This document shows, piece by piece, positions 56,575 through 64,000 of a stretch of DNA of 64,000 bases. The position numbers and the translations under genes are program-made. The notes beneath the pieces are model-generated. The model saw nothing but the letters and a program-made list of their open reading frames with translations. It had not been told where the DNA came from and ran no database searches. Source of the DNA: a virus; IMG/VR virus record IMGVR_UViG_3300032893_000018, positions 29,898 to 93,897 of that record. One strand, written 5' to 3'. Each line of letters begins with the position of its first letter. Positions within the stretch are counted from its first letter, which is position 1.

Positions 56575-57680
56575 TGGACATCCCGAGCAGGCTCGACTTC
56601 TACGGCATCGGCCGGCGCTACGTGATCTCGCGCGCGAGGAACATCGACCCCGCGGTGATCGACGTGCAGGGATCCGATGCGAACGTGTTCGTCGGCGCGA
56701 CGTCGTTCATGGCGCAGCAGGTGTCGCGCCAGCTCGCCGACGGGCTTCGGAACCTGACGCTCGACGCGGAGGGGGACCAGCTCGACCGCGTCGTGATGGA
56801 CCGCTACCAGCTGCCGCGGAAGGGCGCGGCGCCCGCGGTCGGGTCCGTGGATCTCGCGCGCGCGGTCGCCACGGCGGGCGCGGGCACCGTGGACCTCGGC
56901 ACGAAGATGACGACGCGCGGCGGCGTCGAGTACGTGTCGCTGACGGCCGGCTCCTTCGACGCCTCGACGACGTCGGGCGTGTCCGTCGACGTGCGCGCGG
57001 TGCAGGCCGGGGCGGCGTTCCAGGTCGGGGCGAACCAGGTCGTCGCGATGTCGAACCCGGGGATCTTGTTCGACCCGACGATCCAGCCGAACAACCCGCT
57101 GCCGATGTCGGGCGGCGCGGACCGCGAGACCGACCCCGACTACCGGAACCGCGCGCGCAACTTCTGGTCGGCGGCGCGCCGCGGCACCGTCGGCGCGATC
57201 GCGTTCGGCGCGCTCGCCGTGCCCGGCGTCGACAGCGCGTTCGCGATGGAGGAGCTCGACCCGACGGGGCGCCCCGCGCGCATCGTGACGCTCGTCGCCG
57301 CCGACGGTGCAGGGCAGTGCAATCGGGTTCTCGCCGCACGCATCGAGCAGGGGCTCCTCGACTACCGCGCGGCGGGCATCACCGTGATCGTGCTCGGCTC
57401 GCAGCCGCAGATCATCACCGTGCGGCTGGCGCTCACGTTCCGCGCGGGCGTCGACACGTCGACGCTCTCGAACGATATCCGAGCCGCCGTCGTCGAGTTC
57501 GTGAACTCGCTCGGCGCGAACCAGGCGCTCCGGCGCGCCGATCTCTCCGCAGTGCTCGCGCGGTACCGCGATGCGGGGCTCGTGCCCGTCGACGGCACGA
57601 TCGCCGAGCCCGTCGGTGACCTGATCCCCGACTTCGGCAAGACGCTCCGCTGCCGGCTCTCCGACGTCGTGCTGGTCTGA
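56574..57680 (+). CDS. Baseplate J-like protein
   Basis: AEGDQLD...RKGA, GGADRETDPDYRNR, VPGV, RAAGITV. Confidence 0.9.
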   Translation: MDIPSRLDFYGIGRRYVISRARNIDPAVIDVQGSDANVFVGATSFMAQQVSRQLADGLRNLTLDAEGDQLDRVVMDRYQLPRKGAAPAVGSVDLARAVATAGAGTVDLGTKMTTRGGVEYVSLTAGSFDASTTSGVSVDVRAVQAGAAFQVGANQVVAMSNPGILFDPTIQPNNPLPMSGGADRETDPDYRNRARNFWSAARRGTVGAIAFGALAVPGVDSAFAMEELDPTGRPARIVTLVAADGAGQCNRVLAARIEQGLLDYRAAGITVIVLGSQPQIITVRLALTFRAGVDTSTLSNDIRAAVVEFVNSLGANQALRRADLSAVLARYRDAGLVPVDGTIAEPVGDLIPDFGKTLRCRLSDVVLV

Positions 57681-57682
57681 CG

Positions 57683-59245
57683 ATGGCGACCCCGTTCACC
57701 CGCGACGACCTGATGGCGCTGTGGAAGGCGGTCGTCGACCCGTCGTACAGCCAGCCGCTGCTCGAGAACCCCGACAGCGGCATCGAGGCGATCGAGCAGG
57801 CGGCGGAGCAGTTCGCGCGCGCGTCCGTCGCGATCGAGCGGTCGCTTCAAGCGTTCTACGCGCGGCCGTGGTCGGGGCAGGATTACCCGCCCGCGTCGGG
57901 CGCGCGGCGCGCGTCCGTCGACGTGGAGGTGTCGCGCACGGGGAACGCGTCGCAGCCGCTCCTGATGTTCGCCGGGCAGGTGTTCTTCGAGGAGCAGGCG
58001 AACGACTACGGCGTCGACGGCGGCGTCGTGGTCGGCACCGGGCGGAGGTACACGATCGACGGCGCGCCGTTGTGCATCCCGCCGGGCGCGACGTCGGCGA
58101 TCGCGTCGTGCCTCTCCGAGCGCCCCGGGTTCGGGTACAACGCGCCGCCGCCTGACAGCATCACGGCGATCGACCTCGGGTCGACGGCGCAGCGCGGGAT
58201 CCACGGGACGATCACGCCAGCGGCCGCGTCGAACCGGCTCTCGTTTGCGCGCGGCGACATCATCCCGCCCGCGGCCGTCGGGCAGTACGTGCAGATCACC
58301 TTCGGGGCGAACGCGGGGCAACTCCGCCGCGTGCTTGCCTACTCGCCGCCCGACGGCGCATCGCCGCTCGGCTCGGTCGCGCTCGACGCGGTCGGGTGGG
58401 GTTCGGCGCCGTCGATCGCCGGCACGTTCACGCTCGGCGAGGAGATCGATCAGGCGGCGACGGGTGCGCGCGCGGTCGTGCGGCACGCCGCCGACGGGTG
58501 GGTCGTGTGGGAGGCGATCGCGGGGGCGATCGCGCCGGGCGCGATCGTCGGCGCGCAGTCGGGGGCCGTCGCGACGATCGACGTCGTCACGCGCGACGCC
58601 GCGATGACCGCCGAGATCGCGGGCGCGACGTGGCAGCTCCTCGAGTGGTCCGACCTCGGCGTGTCGTGCACGAACGCGGCGAGCCCCGTCGACGGGGCGA
58701 ACCCGGAACTCGACATGATCGGCGAGGAGCGCGGGGTCGGTCGAGCGCCGGGCGAGGAGGACGTCACCTACCGCGAGCGCGTGGACCAGCTCCCGGACAC
58801 GGTCTCGCCGAACGCGGTCGTGCGCGCCGCGAACCGGGTGCTGTCGCAGTACGGGCTGGAGGGCGTGCTGCGCGAGGCGGGCGACATCGCCGACCGGTTC
58901 CCCGGGTTCTTCTACGACACGACCGACCTGTCGGGCCCCGCGGCGTACGCTTACGACCTCGACTTCGCGGTGCGCCCGCGCGACCGGTATAAGTTGTACC
59001 TGAGCCTGCTCGAGTCCCGCGCGTTCTTCCTGATCGGCCTGCCGCGGACGGGCATCGGCGAGTTTGGGTTCGCCTACGATCTCGGTGGGATGAACTTCTT
59101 CGACGACGCGCCGCTGATGAGCTTCTTCGACGGGTTCCCGGCGACCGCGGCGTACATGAGCCGCGCGGTGTGGGACTCGATCGACAACGCGCGCGCGGCG
59201 GGCGTCGGGTTCGACCTGGTCGCGGATCGGTACGGGGCCCTGTAG
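57683..59245 (+). CDS. Baseplate wedge protein (gpI-like)
   Basis: LDMIGEERGVGRAPGEEDVTYRERV; RAAGV C-terminus. Confidence 0.65.
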   Translation: MATPFTRDDLMALWKAVVDPSYSQPLLENPDSGIEAIEQAAEQFARASVAIERSLQAFYARPWSGQDYPPASGARRASVDVEVSRTGNASQPLLMFAGQVFFEEQANDYGVDGGVVVGTGRRYTIDGAPLCIPPGATSAIASCLSERPGFGYNAPPPDSITAIDLGSTAQRGIHGTITPAAASNRLSFARGDIIPPAAVGQYVQITFGANAGQLRRVLAYSPPDGASPLGSVALDAVGWGSAPSIAGTFTLGEEIDQAATGARAVVRHAADGWVVWEAIAGAIAPGAIVGAQSGAVATIDVVTRDAAMTAEIAGATWQLLEWSDLGVSCTNAASPVDGANPELDMIGEERGVGRAPGEEDVTYRERVDQLPDTVSPNAVVRAANRVLSQYGLEGVLREAGDIADRFPGFFYDTTDLSGPAAYAYDLDFAVRPRDRYKLYLSLLESRAFFLIGLPRTGIGEFGFAYDLGGMNFFDDAPLMSFFDGFPATAAYMSRAVWDSIDNARAAGVGFDLVADRYGAL

Positions 59246-59267
59246 AGTTCGGCGAAGGAGCAACACC

Positions 59268-60911
59268 ATGAGCGGCGGCGGCGGAAAGCTGGAAGTCATC
59301 AACACGCGCGAGCGCGCGGTCTCGGACGACATCAATCGCCTTCAGGCGTTCCTTCAGTATGACCGCGCCGAGCTCGCGCGGCGGCTGCTCTCGAACCGAA
59401 ACGCGGTGTTCACCGGCGGCGGCGGCGTGCAGGAGTTCGGCAGCTACGTCGACACGACGCTGCAAGACGGCGCGGCCGTCGGCACGCCGCTCCGCGCGGA
59501 CGTGATCGACGGGCTCGTCGTGCTGCCGCAACCGACGTCGCTGAACCTCCTCGTGTCGCCCGGGAACGTGTGGCTTGACGACCCGGATGGGCAGGCGGGC
59601 AGCTCCGACCCGAACCCGCCGAACCCGGACGACTCGCGCGCGAAGCTCGTCGTCGACCCGGGCGTGCAGCTCGCCGGCTCACTCGTGATCGGGGCCGGCT
59701 CGGGGTCGATCCGGCTCGACGTGATCGAGTGCCAGCGCACGACGTCGATCCTCGAAACCGACTCGCGCGACGTGTACGACCCGTCGACGGGCGTCTTCTT
59801 GCCCGTGACCGTGACGAAGGTCACCGAAGGGCGGCTCTCGTACCGCGTGCGCGCCGGCACGCCGGGCTCGGGACTTCCCGCGAACGTGCAAGGATGGCTG
59901 CCGCTGTGCGTGGTGTCGGTGCCGTCGACGGCGACGAGCGTCGACGACTGCACGTTCTGGGACGTGCGCCCGCTCGTGAAGGACCGTATCGCGGCGGGTA
60001 CCGACATTCAGTCGGTGCTGCAGCCGATCGAGCTCGAGAGCTACCTCAACTCGAACGACTTCACCGACACGACGAAGACGCTGATCTCGGGCATCATCAA
60101 CAGCCGCTTCGGCATGTACAAGGCAGGCGGCGCGATCGGCATCGACGTGCAGGCTGCCGCGAACCAGGCGGGCGGGTCGTCGTTCACGTCGCTGACGCCG
60201 TGGTACCTGTGGGCGATTTTCCCGGGCGGGTTGCCGCGGTGGGTGCAGTACAACGCCTTCCCGCTCGCTCGCGTGCCGAACGGGCCGCGCGGGATCCTCG
60301 CGGCGTACCAGTTCGGGGCGGCAACCGATCTCGGGTTCGGCAACGTCACGCCGCCGCCCGCGACGGGGATCCTCGGCGCGCAGCCGGGCGTCGTGCTCGC
60401 CGCCGGGATCTGCGGCGACATCGGCGGCGGCCCCGTGCCGCTCGCGATCACGATCTCCGGCGGCGAGACGATGCCCGGGAACGGCGCCTACCTGCAGGGG
60501 CCCGCGCCGACGGCGAGCACGACCGCGGAGGATAACTACTCGCTAGTGAACGGCACGCACTTCCCGCGGGGCGCGAAGGCCGTCAAGTTCAACGCGGCGT
60601 GTCGCATCGTGGGGACGGCAGGGCAGTCGGTGCTGTTCACGACGCAGATCGGCATCTACGCGGGGTCGGACTTCGCGAACGCGAAGCTGATCGGCGTCTA
60701 CGCGGGCGGCGTGCAGTTCATGTTGCTCGACGCGAGCGGGTTCGCCCTGGTCGGGTTCGAGCAGTGGATCCCGCGAGCGGTGTTCGGGAGCTCGAACGGC
60801 TACGCGGACGACAACTTGTACTTCGTGATCCAGTGGGGCGCGACGCCGATCACGGGCGGCGCGCTGACGCGCGACACGCAGAACCTCCAGATCCGCGGCT
60901 GGAAGCTCTGA
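59268..60911 (+). CDS. Putative tail fibre/baseplate-attached protein
   Basis: Position; ERAVSDDINRLQ, RLDVIE. Confidence 0.6.
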   Translation: MSGGGGKLEVINTRERAVSDDINRLQAFLQYDRAELARRLLSNRNAVFTGGGGVQEFGSYVDTTLQDGAAVGTPLRADVIDGLVVLPQPTSLNLLVSPGNVWLDDPDGQAGSSDPNPPNPDDSRAKLVVDPGVQLAGSLVIGAGSGSIRLDVIECQRTTSILETDSRDVYDPSTGVFLPVTVTKVTEGRLSYRVRAGTPGSGLPANVQGWLPLCVVSVPSTATSVDDCTFWDVRPLVKDRIAAGTDIQSVLQPIELESYLNSNDFTDTTKTLISGIINSRFGMYKAGGAIGIDVQAAANQAGGSSFTSLTPWYLWAIFPGGLPRWVQYNAFPLARVPNGPRGILAAYQFGAATDLGFGNVTPPPATGILGAQPGVVLAAGICGDIGGGPVPLAITISGGETMPGNGAYLQGPAPTASTTAEDNYSLVNGTHFPRGAKAVKFNAACRIVGTAGQSVLFTTQIGIYAGSDFANAKLIGVYAGGVQFMLLDASGFALVGFEQWIPRAVFGSSNGYADDNLYFVIQWGATPITGGALTRDTQNLQIRGWKL

Positions 60912-60918
60912 GCGCGCG

Positions 60919-62277
60919 ATGCGGCTCGCCGACCTCGCGCTGTCGAAGGGCACGACGCTCGCCGCGGTCGCTGCCCGCGCGCGCGTGCAGCCGCTGTTCC
61001 TGAAGCGCGTCGACGAGGGCGTCCAGCCGATCACGCCGTCCGTCGTGAAGCTCGTCGCGAACGTGCTCGGCGTCGACGAGGTCATCGTGCTCGCCGCGTG
61101 CCCGCTCACGACGAAACTCGACGGGCCGATGCACCGCAAGGCGATCCCGCCCGGGTTCGGCGAGGAGCTGCCGGTTGCCAAGCTCGCGCCGCTGAAACCT
61201 CCGATCGTGTCGCCGACGATCGCTTCGAAGTCGTTGTTCCTTTTCCTCGGGCCGCTCGAGGGGGGGCCCGACAACAACTCGGTGATCGAGCGGTACGTGA
61301 TCGACGATGCCGGCGCGCCGACGCTCGCCGTGTCGCTCTTGGACTCGTCGGATGCTTACCCCGGCGGGCTCTTCGGGTGTGTGGCTGGCGTGCTCGGGAC
61401 GCAGGGGCAGCTGTGGGTCGGTGGAGACGACGACACCGAGGTGCCGCTGACGTTCAGCGTCGCGCCGCGCACGCTCGACTTGAACAGCGATGTGTACACG
61501 TGGACGGGCTTCTCACTGCAGACGTTCGCGAAGGGCTCGGTCGACCCGGCGACGGGCCGCGTATGGGTGACGATCGCGGACGGCTTCCTGTATGCGTTCG
61601 ACCCGCTGAACCTCCTCGCCGGGCCGCTAGTGTTCGACCTCACGGTGGACGCGGTGACCATGGTGTGCGGCGCGATGCTCTTCCTCGACGGGTTCCTCTA
61701 CGCGCTGTGCGAGTCGACCTCGGGGAGTTCGATCCTGAAGATCGATCCGCGACCGAGCCACGAGGCGATCGTCGCGTCGACGGCGAGCCCGGCGGCGGAC
61801 ATCAACGGGCTCTCGTTCTTCATGCTCGAGTGGGTGGAGTCCGCCGGGAAGTTTTATTCGAACACGGACGGCGGGCTGAACACGTGGGATCCGTCGACGC
61901 TCGCGATGGTAGGGCACGTCGGCAACTCCGACCCGGTGACGAACATGGGCGGCGCGTACGACGCGTCGACGGACTCCTTCTGGATGGTGCAGCTCGACGG
62001 GGTGACGCCCTTTCATCCGGTGCGGCTGCCGCGCGCGACGGGGATCCCCGACTTCGTCGGCACCGGGTACGACGCGCAGTTCTCCGCGCCGCACCCGCCC
62101 GCGCTCACCGACGCGCGCGTCGCGTTCTTCCCAGGGCAGGACAACGACACCGGCGAGCGGAAGCTCTTCTGGTACACGATGGACGGCACGCCCGCGCTCG
62201 CGGGATCGATCACGGTTGGGTCGGGGCCGAACCCGACCGGTCGAAACAACGTGACCGGCGGGCTCGTCTACGGTTGA
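60919..62277 (+). CDS. XRE-HTH-like N-terminus fused to beta-propeller-like domain
   Basis: [11 protein letters not shown]...[10 protein letters not shown]; blade-like repeats ([18 protein letters not shown]). Confidence 0.55.
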   Translation: MRLADLALSKGTTLAAVAARARVQPLFLKRVDEGVQPITPSVVKLVANVLGVDEVIVLAACPLTTKLDGPMHRKAIPPGFGEELPVAKLAPLKPPIVSPTIASKSLFLFLGPLEGGPDNNSVIERYVIDDAGAPTLAVSLLDSSDAYPGGLFGCVAGVLGTQGQLWVGGDDDTEVPLTFSVAPRTLDLNSDVYTWTGFSLQTFAKGSVDPATGRVWVTIADGFLYAFDPLNLLAGPLVFDLTVDAVTMVCGAMLFLDGFLYALCESTSGSSILKIDPRPSHEAIVASTASPAADINGLSFFMLEWVESAGKFYSNTDGGLNTWDPSTLAMVGHVGNSDPVTNMGGAYDASTDSFWMVQLDGVTPFHPVRLPRATGIPDFVGTGYDAQFSAPHPPALTDARVAFFPGQDNDTGERKLFWYTMDGTPALAGSITVGSGPNPTGRNNVTGGLVYG

Positions 62278-62311
62278 CGCTCGCGCCGCCGGGCGCGCAT
62301 GCTTTCGCGAG

Positions 62312-62761
62312 ATGGCTCGGCACGACGTGCACACGACGAAGGGCGGGATCCACACGGCGGTCGCGTGGCGGTTCCGCAAGGCGGACGACCTCGCGGTGTT
62401 CCAGCCGTACGAGGGATACCCGATCGAAGCGAAGCAGCTCGGGCCGGGCGACGTCGGGAAGATCGCGTTGTGCGACGCGCCGATCGGCGCCCACATGCTC
62501 GTGTCGATCTCACCGATCCAGTGGCTCGGGCTCGGTGGTGGCGGGCCGCCCGGGCCGCAAGGCGCGCAAGGTAAGCAGGGCGACGTCGGCGCGCAGGGCC
62601 ACCAGGGCGCGCAGGGATTGGGTCACGTCGGCGCGCAGGGGTCGCAGGGCGAGCCGGGCCGCATCGGCGACAAGGGACCGGCAGGCGACGTCGGGCCGCA
62701 GGGTTCCGTCGGCGCGCAGGGCGCGCAGGGAATGTCGGGAGCGGCGAAGAAGAAGGCGTGA
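62312..62761 (+). CDS. Collagen-like protein
   Basis: GPQGAQG repeats; paralog of 63280. Confidence 0.75.
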   Translation: MARHDVHTTKGGIHTAVAWRFRKADDLAVFQPYEGYPIEAKQLGPGDVGKIALCDAPIGAHMLVSISPIQWLGLGGGGPPGPQGAQGKQGDVGAQGHQGAQGLGHVGAQGSQGEPGRIGDKGPAGDVGPQGSVGAQGAQGMSGAAKKKA

Positions 62762-62810
62762 CAGCCGCGCGGCGTGACTCGGTGTCACGCGCTGGAGTAA
62801 CCTGTCGGGC

Positions 62811-63272
62811 ATGAAGTTCCCGCTGGTGTTCTTCAGGTACGTCGGCACGCCGCCCGATGGGGGAGTCGCGCTCGGTGACGATGCCGACCCCGTCGGGAAC
62901 ATCACGCCCGATAACGTGCTGTGCGCGCCGCTCCGGATCGACCGCCCGCTGAACCGGCTCGCGATCGGGTACTCGGGACCGATGGGTGCGACGCAGCTCG
63001 CGTGCGACGTGTGGCAGTACGAGGAGCAGCCGGCGAAGGAGGGAGCGGGACCGGGCTACTGGTACAAGCTCACGAGCTCGCCGATCACGCTCACCGTGAA
63101 CGAGCTCACGTTCATCGGCGTCGTCGGTGGACAGCCGCCGATGGCTGGGCAGTCCGAGTCGCTGAACTTCTTCATCCAAGTCGCCGACACCGGCTCGCCG
63201 CCCGACGGCACGTACCGCTTCGCGGTGACGGGAGACTCGGGCATCGGCGATCCGTTGTTCGCGGGGCCGTGA
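62811..63272 (+). CDS. Hypothetical virion protein
   Basis: ORF with -10 box 7 nt upstream. Confidence 0.55.
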   Translation: MKFPLVFFRYVGTPPDGGVALGDDADPVGNITPDNVLCAPLRIDRPLNRLAIGYSGPMGATQLACDVWQYEEQPAKEGAGPGYWYKLTSSPITLTVNELTFIGVVGGQPPMAGQSESLNFFIQVADTGSPPDGTYRFAVTGDSGIGDPLFAGP

Positions 63273-63279
63273 GGCACCC

Positions 63280-64000
63280 GTGAGCGGGCACGCACGGCAG
63301 ACCCAGAACGACGGCGGGGTCCATTCGATCGTCGCGTGGACGTTCGCGAACGCGGCGGACCTCGTCGCGTTCCACCCGCTGACGGGCGAGCCGCTCACGT
63401 CGGACGGGCTCACGCCCGCCGACTTGTGGCGCGTCGGCGTCACGCTCGACACGGGCGCGATGTACGCGCTGATGAGCATCTCGCCGATCGCGTGGCAGCC
63501 GCTCGGTGGGAGCGGGCCGCCCGGGCCGCAGGGCGCGCAGGGCGCGCAGGGCCGGCAAGGGTCGACGGGCGCGCAGGGTGCGGCGGGCGCCGATGGCGCG
63601 CAGGGGTTCCAAGGTCGGCAGGGTTCCGCCGGTGCAACGGGCGCGCAGGGCGACACCGGCGCGCAGGGCGATGATGGTACGCAGGGCCGGCAAGGCGCGA
63701 CGGGGTCGCAAGGATCGCAGGGCGACACCGGCGCGCAGGGCGACACCGGCGCGCAGGGCGACACCGGCGCGCAAGGAGCTCAAGGTCGGCAAGGATCGAC
63801 GGGCGCGCAGGGCAACACCGGAGCGCAGGGTGACGTCGGTCAGCAGGGGTTCCAGGGCGACGACGGCGCGCAAGGGCACCAGGGCGACACGGGGGTGCAG
63901 GGCGCCCAAGGATCGATTGGCGTCCAGGGATCTCAGGGATCCACCGGCGCGCAGGGGTCGCAGGGCCTTCAGGGCGCGACCGGCGGAACCGGGGCGCAGG
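63280..64000 (+). CDS. Collagen-like protein (3' truncated; not in ORF track)
   Basis: GTG start, [11 protein letters not shown]...[12 protein letters not shown] then GAQGDT repeats to window end. Confidence 0.8.
   Translation, partial: MSGHARQTQNDGGVHSIVAWTFANAADLVAFHPLTGEPLTSDGLTPADLWRVGVTLDTGAMYALMSISPIAWQPLGGSGPPGPQGAQGAQGRQGSTGAQGAAGADGAQGFQGRQGSAGATGAQGDTGAQGDDGTQGRQGATGSQGSQGDTGAQGDTGAQGDTGAQGAQGRQGSTGAQGNTGAQGDVGQQGFQGDDGAQGHQGDTGVQGAQGSIGVQGSQGSTGAQGSQGLQGATGGTGAQ

Larger units (their letters stand above)
1..64000 (+). mobile_element. Myovirus-like phage/prophage genome segment
   Basis: Co-oriented terminase, portal, capsid, sheath, tube, tape measure and baseplate genes in canonical order; no host housekeeping genes, integrase or att site seen. 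Confidence 0.95.

Noticed and set aside
1267-59335. Many long minus-strand and off-frame ORFs (e.g. 1267-3984, 28030-30672, 30155-33385, 38789-41437, 42822-45410)
   Set aside because: Arg/Ala/His-rich shadow frames of high-GC genes with no motifs; only 23062-23913 and 38345-38668 show protein-like motifs
1-64000. tRNA/rRNA genes, integrase, cas1/cas2, tracrRNA
   Set aside because: None recognisable by eye; tRNAscan and HMM searches would be needed to exclude them formally

Overview
The whole window is a high-GC, contractile-tailed (myovirus-like) phage or prophage segment, almost all on the + strand. Myxobacterial-style lipoproteins suggest a Myxococcota-like host (inference). Gene order is: recombination module (RecA, SbcD/SbcC, RuvC-like); a compact type V CRISPR effector with its own array and no cas1/cas2; ParB, DinG helicase, MT-A70 methylase; terminase, amidase, portal, MuF with an intein, scaffold, capsid, HNH; head-tail genes; sheath, tube, frameshifted chaperone, tape measure, baseplate and fibre/collagen genes. 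Three things stand out. (1) At 32321-33772, a stand-alone Cas7/RAMP-like gene and a small partner gene are followed by a non-coding array of six CGCAGGC-anchored units built from NN-CGC pentamers. Read as a gapped NN.NN.NN code, the variable dinucleotides partly match phage structural genes with codon wobble positions skipped, which suggests a non-CRISPR RNA-guided system. (2) The MuF intein appears to encode its HTH + DUF559/Vsr-like endonuclease on the opposite strand, fully nested inside the intein. (3) The Cas12m/V-U1-like effector keeps a D-E-D RuvC triad, and its array holds three repeat classes with fully compensatory stems plus a gene inserted in a spacer. All calls come from manual motif reading; no searches were run.
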